Shown piece by piece: positions 55,801-64,000 of a DNA stretch of 64,000 nucleotides. How positions within the stretch are numbered: position 1 is the first letter of the stretch; each line of letters begins with the position of its first letter. The notes below the pieces were generated by a model. It searched no databases. It was not told where the DNA came from and was given only the letters and a program-made list of their open reading frames with translations. Source of the DNA: a virus; IMG/VR virus record IMGVR_UViG_3300010885_055964, positions 64,001 through 128,000 of that record; one strand, 5' to 3'. The position numbers and the translations under genes were made by a program.

Positions 55801-57690
55801 GCATCAACACAGGCGATGTCTGCCGCATCTATGCTATCAGATGCAATGATCATACTGCTACCAGCATCTTTAAAGACCGTAGTATCAGGGGCCTTGTTGT
55901 TAATAGGTGCTGGCTTGATATTGGGTGCTTCAATCGCATTATCGATATCTGCTCTAGCATTGGCAGCGGTCGGTACTTTAGTAATTATAGCTGCAGCATC
56001 AATTCTATATGCTTCTGTAGCATTGTCGATAGCGGCTGTGGCGTTAACAGTAGCAGCAGCCTTAATGATATCCGGTTCTGGTATAATGTATATGGCTGCT
56101 ATTACTTATTTGATAGCTTCTGAAGCTTTACTATCAGCGGCTAATAAACTGGTTCCAGCAGCTGAACAATTATATTTAGCTGCTACTAATTTATTACCTG
56201 CTGCAGCGATGTTGTTGGTATCTGCATTCTTGATGTTATCTTCTATCCCAGCATTCGTGACCGCATCCATCGGTTATTTAGTAGCATCTTCTATCTTGTA
56301 CTTAGCATCTAGCATTTTGTCTGAAGCATCGATCATGCTTTATGCAGCTGCTGAGAATATATTGCCCGCATCAGCTATGTTAGCTGCAGCAAGCGGATTT
56401 CTGTTGGTTGGGGCAAACATTATATTCTTAGCTGCTCCAATATTATTGATTGGTTCAGGCATATTATTGATCGCATCTTTGGTGTTGCTACCAGCTTCGA
56501 TAGTGCTGGGCTTAGCCTCGAGTATACTATTACCCGCCTCCACCATGCTGTTCATTTCCAGCATATACTTGTTATTAGGGGCAACTGCACTATTAACTGG
56601 GTCGACTATACTAATAACAGGTGCTGCTATATTAGCAGTAGCCTCAGTTGCTTTACTATTCACTTTACCAATAATCATGTCGGCAGCAGTCGGCATAGTC
56701 GTAGCTGCATCAGTGTTACTAGTCGGGTCGACATTGTTAATTGCGGGTGCTATGTTATTGGCCGTTGCCTCAATAGTAATGCTGTCTGGTGCGACGACTA
56801 TGTTTATGGCGAGTGCTATTCTTTTAATAGCTAGCCCTCTTTTGATTATGGCATCTAGCGGCATGCTGATAGGTGCCTACATTTTAATCTCTTCTTCATT
56901 GGTATTGGTGAGTGGTGCAGTGGCTTTAATGGCCGCATCTTTGATCATGCTACCAGCAGCACTGATTCTTTATTTTGCATTGTCGATAGTGTCTAGTGCG
57001 ACGTCTAGATTCAAGCAATCCATTTCTGACATTGGCATAATGGGTAACGGGCTTAGGATGATGGCTCAGTCATTTACTGCACTGTCAAATTTATCGTTGC
57101 GAGGATTTAGTAAGACCATAGACGATGCACTATCGGCGATGCCAGGCATAAAAAAGCTAGCCACTGAACTATCATCCTCAGCTGATTTGTTACAGAATGC
57201 TGCTGATAAATTCACAAAACCTGTTGATCAAATATCTGAGAGTTTACAGCGACTTGGTACCACACTGGCTAGTGTTGGTAACCAAGGTCTCACAGTGCAA
57301 GCTGACATGGATAAAGTCAGCGCTCTATTAGATGAATACTCCACGCTATTAGAAGGCGCAGCACAACGGATAGAGATAGCTGTGGCTACAAAGGCTCAGC
57401 CTGCTATGGCTACAGCTCGAGATGAAGGTCTGGAACAGACAGTAAGATCCGAAGCGATTAATACAGTACAGGTAATGGATAAGAGAGAAGGAAGCGCAGA
57501 ATCGAATGATATGTCTTACGAAACTAGTATGTCTCAAATAGAAATACTAAAAAGCATAAATGAAAAGATGGATAATATGGGCAATACAGCAGATGTAAAA
57601 GAAATAATATCCATATTGATGGGTTATTTGCCTAATTTAGGCACAGGGTCGGAAGGTTTAACGACTGAATTTAACTCTTGGCTAAAATAA
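52879..57690 (+). CDS. tape measure protein
   Basis: 1603-aa helical Ala/Leu-rich ORF immediately upstream of tube initiator/baseplate genes. Confidence 0.9.
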   Translation: MAVDPNVYALSLQLQLDSAEAFASLDSFGKAANDMEQQVSKAAQGVINTISNNIDDMAMKLSQVAASGNEGFDSASTTLDSLSAKFISMAQSGAASLDDINERLKVLSDIDQLSDKTEKHMKLEKKYSDDMLKFYAKLQKDITNKNKLHQSENTLVGDEGELLRENGDIIGKNTRKIDLANQAYKAIEQQVTALKAAIVAIDSEAENFVQTNYRAYGSQYGLLQNAMMLSGEYGALRKTTIEAYKALANVRTPKEEIDGLAGIISQANRYTGVSAETMAEYTLRLRQAGLSGTQTTQQIKLMTSAMRVYGLTTADVNGLMNTSATSALALGEMFGGIDTDKVEESRLVFAGMAKQIGVSTAEAAKFFETMATDAMAMQMFGAYADMQINSAEDLQQAMVKAGVKTHESMAELKADLAAGDIGQAEFNIRRRQMIDLYYAGNEAAFRASMELGKEAKQLGLTGEAASDYGDIAKKLRKDAIDPWSESNRTLTAQLRLLYNTLHGLIGPVIVSISEGLMYLMMAVNAVIIPILRFIVGLGELWAAMEKWPIIGYLFSTIRIGFSILLGLVGVLAMAGLSLITFASLFAGATNIVRGALNIIRYVGRAIIEVAQALGQGIAAILSGIGQGLAALGTAVRPVIVPLLQLCFAVLLVGAGFYMMGLGMAAAAQHGWAAVGMLAAMTVAIITLMVAFALIAAVAAPVIPLMISLSIVALTLGAAVMLAGLGMYMMGMAVESIANYGLQAAAAIPALALGLLALGGVGYVASLGILALAAAMLALAIPVLLIGVGLSLLSAAIDSIQVDNLAPMAEALLESAYYFIQAGLLLIPAAVMLIVGSAGILIASAILAAAGAAVAIAVPVVAVAGAALVVAAALLLAGSVMVFISGLMLSVGSTMLLAGAAILTPASSLIIASAFIIGAAGYALSAAVGPLLIGATALFTAAALVLASGGSILVGASMLLRGANILSTASEALLNASTQAMSAASMLSDAMIILLPASLKTVVSGALLLIGAGLILGASIALSISALALAAVGTLVIIAAASILYASVALSIAAVALTVAAALMISGSGIMYMAAITYLIASEALLSAANKLVPAAEQLYLAATNLLPAAAMLLVSAFLMLSSIPAFVTASIGYLVASSILYLASSILSEASIMLYAAAENILPASAMLAAASGFLLVGANIIFLAAPILLIGSGILLIASLVLLPASIVLGLASSILLPASTMLFISSIYLLLGATALLTGSTILITGAAILAVASVALLFTLPIIMSAAVGIVVAASVLLVGSTLLIAGAMLLAVASIVMLSGATTMFMASAILLIASPLLIMASSGMLIGAYILISSSLVLVSGAVALMAASLIMLPAALILYFALSIVSSATSRFKQSISDIGIMGNGLRMMAQSFTALSNLSLRGFSKTIDDALSAMPGIKKLATELSSSADLLQNAADKFTKPVDQISESLQRLGTTLASVGNQGLTVQADMDKVSALLDEYSTLLEGAAQRIEIAVATKAQPAMATARDEGLEQTVRSEAINTVQVMDKREGSAESNDMSYETSMSQIEILKSINEKMDNMGNTADVKEIISILMGYLPNLGTGSEGLTTEFNSWLK

Positions 57691-57700
57691 GGAGTTAGTA

Positions 57701-58267
57701 ATGGGAGTATTTTATACTGGACATGATATAGCATTAGCCGAGGAATGTGAGCTACAATTACCGGACGGACAATTCGTCAATTTTCAGTTCGCTCCAAGAA
57801 TATTATCAGACAATAGAAAGGGAAATTGGAACGAAGGGGAACAGCGGGGCAAAGAACCTGTGGCTGTTTTTCAGAATTCAGGCCAAAGAGAGATGACCAT
57901 GTCTTGGTGCTATATAGTAGATGGGGCTAATTGGACTACTGAAGCAGTCGTATATGAAATAAAGAGGATAAGAGGATATTTCGCGAACGTGTTAGAGCCA
58001 AATGCTGAACAAAGGTCACTAATATGTGGGTTTAAATATGGGTTATACGGAAATCAACAAAGGTTTTCAGCAAGAATTAAATCAATAGATGTAAAGCATG
58101 GTGATACTTTGGTTATACCGAGTGTCGGAGGAATTCCAGACACTACTAAGGCTTTTCCATTAAAATCCGACATAACTATCGATTTGAGATTATGGACTAA
58201 AGGTGGTGATAGAAAAGTGCAGGATTTAAAAGGATTGATTACTAAAGAGACAGTTGACTGGTACTAG
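57701..58267 (+). CDS. tube initiator (gp48/54- or Afp7-like)
   Basis: FQFAPRILSDNRKGNW..EPVAVFQNSGQREMTMSW; position. Confidence 0.7.
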   Translation: MGVFYTGHDIALAEECELQLPDGQFVNFQFAPRILSDNRKGNWNEGEQRGKEPVAVFQNSGQREMTMSWCYIVDGANWTTEAVVYEIKRIRGYFANVLEPNAEQRSLICGFKYGLYGNQQRFSARIKSIDVKHGDTLVIPSVGGIPDTTKAFPLKSDITIDLRLWTKGGDRKVQDLKGLITKETVDWY

Positions 58268-58277
58268 GAGATAAAAA

Positions 58278-58595
58278 ATGGCGGAATTCGACGAGTTTTC
58301 CAGATATAGATCCACCGAGCCTATATTTTATGATGATAATGAGACATTAGGCACGTGGGCCAAACCAGCTTTCTTATTAAATAGACCTAAAGAAGATCAA
58401 ATCGGAGTATTTAGGGTAACATCAGCTGTTGAAGGCAGACCAGATAAAATAGCCAATCAATTGTATGGTTCTCCACTGTTGGATTGGGTGCTGATCTCCT
58501 TCAACAATGCTAGGTCTGTTCTCAATTGGCCAAAGTCTGGTACCGCTATAGAATATCCGATTAAGTCAATCGTGATCCCGGAGATCGTTGGATGA
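58278..58595 (+). CDS. LysM-like baseplate protein (gp53/TailX-like)
   Basis: EGRPDKIANQLYGSPLLDWVL..FNN..GTAIEYP. Confidence 0.85.
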   Translation: MAEFDEFSRYRSTEPIFYDDNETLGTWAKPAFLLNRPKEDQIGVFRVTSAVEGRPDKIANQLYGSPLLDWVLISFNNARSVLNWPKSGTAIEYPIKSIVIPEIVG

Positions 58596-60724
58596 GTGAT
58601 AATATCAATGTGATATGGAATAAATTCTTTTCGCATAGAACTCGTACATTATGGGACAGATTTCCAGGATATTATAGAGCGTTGGTAGTAGAGACTAATG
58701 ACCCTCTAAATATGTATAGGGTTAGATTTAAATGTCCTGATATGCATGATTTTGATCTAGAACCAGATTGGTGTCCTTGGGCAGTGTCGTGCTTTGATTT
58801 GGGCGGTAAGAAAGCTGGCAGGTGGGTAGCACCTTGTATCGGTGACTGGGTTTGGATCACGTTTGAACGGCAGCATCCATACGGACCAATATGGACTGGT
58901 TTTGCTGATCCTACCAGAAGAAGATTTTATGCTTATCCTCAGGTGTTCGGCATTACACCTCTCAGTGTAAATGAAGAGGGTAAAAAAGATCTAAGACCCA
59001 AAGATTATGACACAAAATACCTCCCTAAAGATGGGAGGCCCATGAGCCATGGGTGGGCAGATCGATATGGCAATTTAGAATTACATTCTGCTGTAGGATT
59101 CTATCCAGCAGAGCATCAAGACCCTCCTCCTCCATCTGATCATGATGCGGTATCTGGTTCTGGGTTCAAGCAGAAGAGAAAAGAACCTTTAGTTAATGAT
59201 CCAGATAAGAAGTATATGGCTCGGGTCACTAAATATGGCCATATTTTTATAATGGGAGATCAGGGTTATCATTGGAAGAAGGATGAATCGCAAGATATAG
59301 GCGAATTCCATGGAGATGCGAAGAAGGATGAAAAATTCGAAACCAAGAGGTGGTTATTTTTACAACGGCTACTGAATGACAATAAGCCTAGAGCTAGTAT
59401 GAACGGTGGTGATCAGCGGAAACAGTTGATGATGACTAGGTATGGTCATCGTATAGAGATGAGGGACGTAGGTTGGGCTCAACAAGGGCCAATTGCTTCA
59501 CAATCTAGACAAGGTGAATTCGGCCCAGCTACTACGTTATCTCAAGAGTCTAATGTAGATCATAGATGGATCAAGATAAGAACCAAAGGCGGGATGTTAT
59601 TCCAAGCTTATGACAAGGGCTTTAACCCAGATAAAGACATATTTATCAAGCGTAAATTATTAGAAGAGTCAGGAGCCAAAAGCGAGCTAGAGGACAAATA
59701 TTGGAAAGATCGTGACGCCAGATGGATGAGAATGGTCACTCGTTATGGCTATAAATTCGTGTTGGATGATCGTGGCAGTAATGAAACAGATGCACGAAGA
59801 CGTGAGCTGCCAAGAGGTATGGGTATATTGATCAAGGGTAGAAGATCCCCATCAGCTAAGAATTTGCCTAGACGAGGTAATAGCAGAGGCTTTCATTGGG
59901 AGATAAATGAAAGAGATGATGCAAACCATACTACTTGGTGTACGCCACTAGGGCAAGCAGTAGAACTCAATGACAGATATCAATATGTGATTATGACATC
60001 ATCGCTAGGTAAAAAGTGGGTATCTAAATGGAGGCATGTAAAAGATAATGAATTTTTAAAAAAGCCTGTGATGATACGTGATCCAGAAATGACCACGCAT
60101 CATATGAAAATAGATCATGACAATGAGTATATTCGCTTCAAGACAAGAGCAAATAATGGTAGCAAACCTATTAAACCGGCTAATCCTAGTATGGTAGGAG
60201 CCGGTGAAATAAATCAAGGGGTAGAGGCTAGAGATGGACGTAAGGGTGATGGAGCTTGGGTGGAAATAGTGGACTGCCAACATAGGGGTATGTGGTTTTC
60301 AAAGAAATACAATATAGGCATTTGGAGAGCTAGAAAAAAGAGAAAAATGTATCAGTGGATGGACGAATCTGCGAGAAAGATAGTTATATTTAACGACGAG
60401 TCGAATGGCAGAATACAAATATTCGCTAATGGTGAAGTAAGCCTGACATCTAATCGTGACATTAATATTAGGGCAGATAGGAATATATTAATGAGGGCTG
60501 GTAATAATATATTCATGCAGGCGGGCGGGTCTAAATTTTCTATCTTACCGAGTGGAAGGATCAGTTCTAATACTGTTATCTTTACCAGAGGTGTTATAAC
60601 CCCTGTTAATGGTGGTACGGCTGTTTCAAGAAAAGCAAGTCCCGATCCTCCACCCAAATTAGAGCCTAGTGATAGAGGTAAAACATACAATAAGCCATAT
60701 GAAGCTTCGGAGGATGTCGAATGA
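58592..60724 (+). CDS. central spike (gp5/VgrG-like, OB fold + beta-helix)
   Basis: YRALVVETNDPLNMYRVR..PCIGDWVWITFE..PIWTG; repeated [KR]YGH..[EM].D strands. Confidence 0.85.
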   Translation: MSDNINVIWNKFFSHRTRTLWDRFPGYYRALVVETNDPLNMYRVRFKCPDMHDFDLEPDWCPWAVSCFDLGGKKAGRWVAPCIGDWVWITFERQHPYGPIWTGFADPTRRRFYAYPQVFGITPLSVNEEGKKDLRPKDYDTKYLPKDGRPMSHGWADRYGNLELHSAVGFYPAEHQDPPPPSDHDAVSGSGFKQKRKEPLVNDPDKKYMARVTKYGHIFIMGDQGYHWKKDESQDIGEFHGDAKKDEKFETKRWLFLQRLLNDNKPRASMNGGDQRKQLMMTRYGHRIEMRDVGWAQQGPIASQSRQGEFGPATTLSQESNVDHRWIKIRTKGGMLFQAYDKGFNPDKDIFIKRKLLEESGAKSELEDKYWKDRDARWMRMVTRYGYKFVLDDRGSNETDARRRELPRGMGILIKGRRSPSAKNLPRRGNSRGFHWEINERDDANHTTWCTPLGQAVELNDRYQYVIMTSSLGKKWVSKWRHVKDNEFLKKPVMIRDPEMTTHHMKIDHDNEYIRFKTRANNGSKPIKPANPSMVGAGEINQGVEARDGRKGDGAWVEIVDCQHRGMWFSKKYNIGIWRARKKRKMYQWMDESARKIVIFNDESNGRIQIFANGEVSLTSNRDINIRADRNILMRAGNNIFMQAGGSKFSILPSGRISSNTVIFTRGVITPVNGGTAVSRKASPDPPPKLEPSDRGKTYNKPYEASEDVE

Positions 60725-61446
60725 TAATTAATTATCCTACTGGATTGTATAATACCGTAATACCTTCAGATACTGAATCTGGCAATGTTACATTCACTGT
60801 TAGTAACCAGATGCCACCTCGTACTGATTTATTATACCCCAAGATACCCAAATCACTAGTGGGTAGAATTAAAGACCGTCGTTCGAGAGAGTTATTATCG
60901 AGACGTGCTACCATGGGTGAACTGGCATTCACTGTCACTAAATCTACCAGGGCCGAATTAGGCAACACAGAACGTGTATACGCTACTGGGCAGATATTAG
61001 ATTTCAACGATGATCCTATCAAAACGATCGAACCAATGTTGGTGGCTGATAAGACAGAGATAGTTCATGATTCATCCCAGATCAATTATAGAGGTCTAGA
61101 TATATTACAACAGGACGTTGACACTATACAGGCTAATGCGTTGGTTATTTATGAAAAATTAAAAAAACAATTAAATGTTATAATCCGTAAGCGGAAAGGC
61201 AATGAGGAGTTGATAGTCACTAATCAGAAAATAGTCAATGATGCCGATCGAACAATTAGTGCCTTAACTATCGTTAATAAAATCGAATATAATTCAGATA
61301 TAAATGGAATAATAATCAAAGCAAAGGCCAAAAAAGCAGACGCATCTAAGAAGATAGACCAAGCGATTATTATAGCGAATAACCTGGCTGTTCAAGCAAC
61401 AGCGATACAAGATCAAATAAGAGAGATATCATTGGTGATCAAATGA
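60721..61446 (+). CDS. hypothetical protein with coiled-coil C-term
   Basis: 241-aa ORF between spike and gp25. Confidence 0.65.
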   Translation: MIINYPTGLYNTVIPSDTESGNVTFTVSNQMPPRTDLLYPKIPKSLVGRIKDRRSRELLSRRATMGELAFTVTKSTRAELGNTERVYATGQILDFNDDPIKTIEPMLVADKTEIVHDSSQINYRGLDILQQDVDTIQANALVIYEKLKKQLNVIIRKRKGNEELIVTNQKIVNDADRTISALTIVNKIEYNSDINGIIIKAKAKKADASKKIDQAIIIANNLAVQATAIQDQIREISLVIK

Positions 61447-61832
61447 CAGCCACATATTATGGTTTTAATCCTCCATTTTTGGGCGGCCCTCAAAACATTA
61501 TGTCTAGGCAAGAAGATGATAGATTAATAAAGAATGATATATTACAATTATTGTTAACTGTGCCGGGTGAAAGGGTAATGAGGCCTGATTACGGTGTGAA
61601 TTTAAGGAATTTTGTATTTGAGCAATTGGTCGATCGTGATTTGAGTCAATTGAGACAAGAGATAATCAGAGGCATAACAGAATTCGAACCACGAGTAGAC
61701 GTGGAAGAAGTAGTTCTTAAACGGCAAGATGATTCGAATAAGTTAACTATAAGATTGATAGTGACTTTAAAAAAAGATCCACGCAGACAATTGACCATAG
61801 AACAATTTATTAATTTATCAACACAGGCTTAA
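61443..61832 (+). CDS. baseplate wedge / sheath initiator (gp25-like)
   Basis: IKNDILQLLLTVPGERVMRPDYG..FEQL..FEPRV. Confidence 0.92.
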   Translation: MTATYYGFNPPFLGGPQNIMSRQEDDRLIKNDILQLLLTVPGERVMRPDYGVNLRNFVFEQLVDRDLSQLRQEIIRGITEFEPRVDVEEVVLKRQDDSNKLTIRLIVTLKKDPRRQLTIEQFINLSTQA

Positions 61833-61843
61833 GGTTATTAAAA

Positions 61844-63433
61844 ATGGGCGACATACAGAAGACATTATTTGATCTGCCAAACGAGCCAGAGCAGTTTGGT
61901 GTTATATTAACCCCAGCTAAATTGAGAAGGATTGACTTTAGTGGGTTGGATTTCACAACAGCTAGAAGGGCGATAATAGAGTATATCAAGACATACTATC
62001 CAGATCAATTTAATGATTATGTAGCAAGTAACGGTATTATGATGATCACCGAGATTATAGCTTCGGTAGTCTCTAAGTTATCGTTACGAGCAGATATATT
62101 AGCCAATGAGGCCACACTACCGACCGCTAAAACCGAGCGGGCTATCATCAATCATTTAGCGTTGATTAACCAACGAATAAAGAGACAAACGCCAGCAATA
62201 GTAGACATAGAAATAACCGTAGATGTCCCAATAACGACAGATATTGAGATCTCACCAGGCATAGTGTTTGCTGCGAATGGTCCAGATAACCAACCTATAT
62301 ATTATGAGGCATTTAAAGCTCCAGGCGATTTTACTAGCAAGATAGTGATACCAGCAGGCAAGAGAGGTGTGATAATTTGGGGTGTGCAGGGGCAGTTCGC
62401 TGGTCCTGTTAGGGTCATTAGTCCAGGCGGGGGCAATCAAACATTTGAAGTCACTGACAAACAAATATTGGATGATCCTATAAGCGTATATGTAACATAT
62501 GGGTCAGACAAAGTAGAGTGGACTGTCGTTAAAGAACCGATTGAAAGATATGGACCTAATGATAAAGTAGTCGAAGTTAACTTCTTTGATGATAACGCCA
62601 TATTTAGATTCGGTGATGATATTACTGGTGCTGCCCCTAAATCAGGGTCACTACTCGAGTTTGTGTATAGGACAGGAGGGGGGATTAGAGGCCGTATAGG
62701 CGTCAATACGATCGACACACAAAGACAAATTACGCCACTCCCGCCAGCTAATTCTGCCGTTTCCGTTCGTTTCCGTAACATTACAGCATCGAGTGGCGGC
62801 ACAGACCGGGAGACAGTAGAACAAGCCAAGAAAAGGGCACCAAGAGACTTTTCTGTGCAAGGGAGCATAGTCACTGCAGGAGACTATGCTACGGCTGCGT
62901 CCAACTTCGCCCATCCTGTCTACGGGTCTATATCTAAATCAGTAGCTGCTTTGAGAACAGGAAAGAATGCTAATTTAGTGGAACTATACGTTCTAGCAGC
63001 AGGACCAGATGGTATTCCTACGGCTCCTAATGCTGGATTGAAGGCTGGTTTAGAAACATATATCAGTGATTTAAATGTCTTCACTGATCATGTGAATGTT
63101 TTAGATGCTAACATTTTGCCTGTGAATATAGAGATGAATATTATTATCGATCGTAACTCTGATGCATCTGTTATTAAACAGAAGGTCGAATCAGCTATTG
63201 ACAAGTTCTTCAATATCAATAATTGGGAACTAGGCCAGGGATTATATGTGTCCAACTTTATTGAGGCACTCGAGGCCGTAGATGGTGTTTCTTATGTGGA
63301 TCTATTTAAGCCATCAGACAATATCGTACCTGCTAACACCACGTTCAATGATAGCAAATTGACTACAATACGATTCAACCAATTAATAGTCGAAGGCGAG
63401 AGAATAACTAATTATTATTATTCCAAGAATTGA
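61844..63433 (+). CDS. baseplate wedge (gp6/J-like)
   Basis: LDFTTARR..NDY..ANE..LPTAKTE; FGDD..GAAP; GGTDRETVEQAK..IVTAGDY. Confidence 0.92.
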   Translation: MGDIQKTLFDLPNEPEQFGVILTPAKLRRIDFSGLDFTTARRAIIEYIKTYYPDQFNDYVASNGIMMITEIIASVVSKLSLRADILANEATLPTAKTERAIINHLALINQRIKRQTPAIVDIEITVDVPITTDIEISPGIVFAANGPDNQPIYYEAFKAPGDFTSKIVIPAGKRGVIIWGVQGQFAGPVRVISPGGGNQTFEVTDKQILDDPISVYVTYGSDKVEWTVVKEPIERYGPNDKVVEVNFFDDNAIFRFGDDITGAAPKSGSLLEFVYRTGGGIRGRIGVNTIDTQRQITPLPPANSAVSVRFRNITASSGGTDRETVEQAKKRAPRDFSVQGSIVTAGDYATAASNFAHPVYGSISKSVAALRTGKNANLVELYVLAAGPDGIPTAPNAGLKAGLETYISDLNVFTDHVNVLDANILPVNIEMNIIIDRNSDASVIKQKVESAIDKFFNINNWELGQGLYVSNFIEALEAVDGVSYVDLFKPSDNIVPANTTFNDSKLTTIRFNQLIVEGERITNYYYSKN

Positions 63434-63898
63434 TTACGGCCAATACTCGCCTCCTTGGTCAATGCGGACTATATCAGATAGAGTGCATTGTTCTTGAGTG
63501 CCTGTCCAGTATATTTCGACTAATTGACCAGTAGATATTACAAAAAATCTGTGTAGCATATTAGGTGGCACAACAAAATATTGTCCTGGTCGTATATAAT
63601 GTACATGGTCTGGTGTCGGGATCGTGGAATGTATTATGTTTTTATCCATAAACATATTTAATAGGCTGGTACCTTTCTTATCATCCCATATTTCGATCCC
63701 TATTGTAGCGGTAGTGCAGATAAACGCGTTGTATCTATGCCTGTGTAAATGTATCGAACTTTGCCATCCACGATTGACCTCCAATATGCTTTCATTGATT
63801 ATTTTATCATCGAATCTATGCCATACTCTGCCCCAGCATTTATGTTCCCATGTGGCAATACCTAACCAAGATAAGATTATACCTGTTAAATATTTCAT
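63434..63898 (-). CDS. cupin-fold protein (sugar isomerase-like)
   Basis: KCWG..LEVNRG..SIHLH..F..; PGQYFVVPPNMLHRF..VEI. Confidence 0.8.
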   Translation of the reverse strand: MKYLTGIILSWLGIATWEHKCWGRVWHRFDDKIINESILEVNRGWQSSIHLHRHRYNAFICTTATIGIEIWDDKKGTSLLNMFMDKNIIHSTIPTPDHVHYIRPGQYFVVPPNMLHRFFVISTGQLVEIYWTGTQEQCTLSDIVRIDQGGEYWP

Positions 63899-64000
63899 AA
63901 ATGTGATACCTGTATTTCAAAACGAACTGGTGCTTAGAGATATTTACCCGCATATCAAGAAGCCGACTAATGGTACAAACAGTAGATGGAGCGAGTGACC

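Noticed and set aside
53757-56864. Antisense ORFs within the tape measure gene
   Set aside because: Mirror of repetitive hydrophobic codons; no independent features
41410-63433. Bacterial eCIS/tailocin locus instead of a phage
   Set aside because: Neck gp13/gp14, a phage replication module and tRNAs are present; no Afp15-type ATPase seen
1-64000. Stop-codon recoding (prompted by the near-amber tRNA-like loop)
   Set aside because: Conserved genes are full length in code 11, and TAG, TGA and TAA all end genes at expected positions (e.g. 5808, 34040, 58267)
1-64000. CRISPR array
   Set aside because: No regularly spaced 25-45-nt direct repeats seen by eye
63899-64000. Partial gene at the right edge
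   Set aside because: No frame could be assigned with confidence in about 100 nt

Overview
A 64-kb segment of a large contractile-tailed (myovirus-type, probably jumbo) bacteriophage genome. It is densely coded in the standard genetic code and AT-rich by eye, apart from a GC-rich island at ~34.1-39.3 kb. Layout: (1) 0-15.8 kb, replication/recombination genes (RecA, DnaB/gp41-type helicase, GroES, a short family-A polymerase apparently lacking its thumb, UvsY, gp32-type SSB, RNase H/5'-3' exonuclease, endonuclease VII) mixed with a sulfotransferase, a DUF6065-like/2OG-Fe(II) oxygenase pair and a ligase-like fold; (2) 15.8-26.1 kb, a glycosyltransferase/sulfotransferase cluster, an aberrant tRNA-like RNA and a PaaK-like ligase + methyltransferase pair; (3) 26.4-30.3 kb, small accessory genes, an ART-like protein and tRNA-Glu; (4) 30.3-64 kb, a T4-like neck/tail/baseplate module (gp13, fibres, gp14, gp15, sheath, three tube paralogues, gp26/gp51-like chaperone pair, hub, 1603-aa tape measure, tube initiator, gp53, gp5, gp25, gp6), interrupted by a PAS protein, a holin-like protein and primase. 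Capsid, portal and terminase genes are not in the window. Best leads: a putative virion glycosylation/sulfation pathway whose largest glycosyltransferase shares an N-terminal domain with a small protein encoded beside the sheath; a chain-link motif system in the fibre proteins; a candidate +1/-2 frameshift in the tail chaperone; a tRNA-like RNA with a D-arm insertion; the thumb-less PolA; and a recurring intergenic C[AG]AAnATA motif. All family assignments come from motif recognition by eye; no database searches or computations were run.
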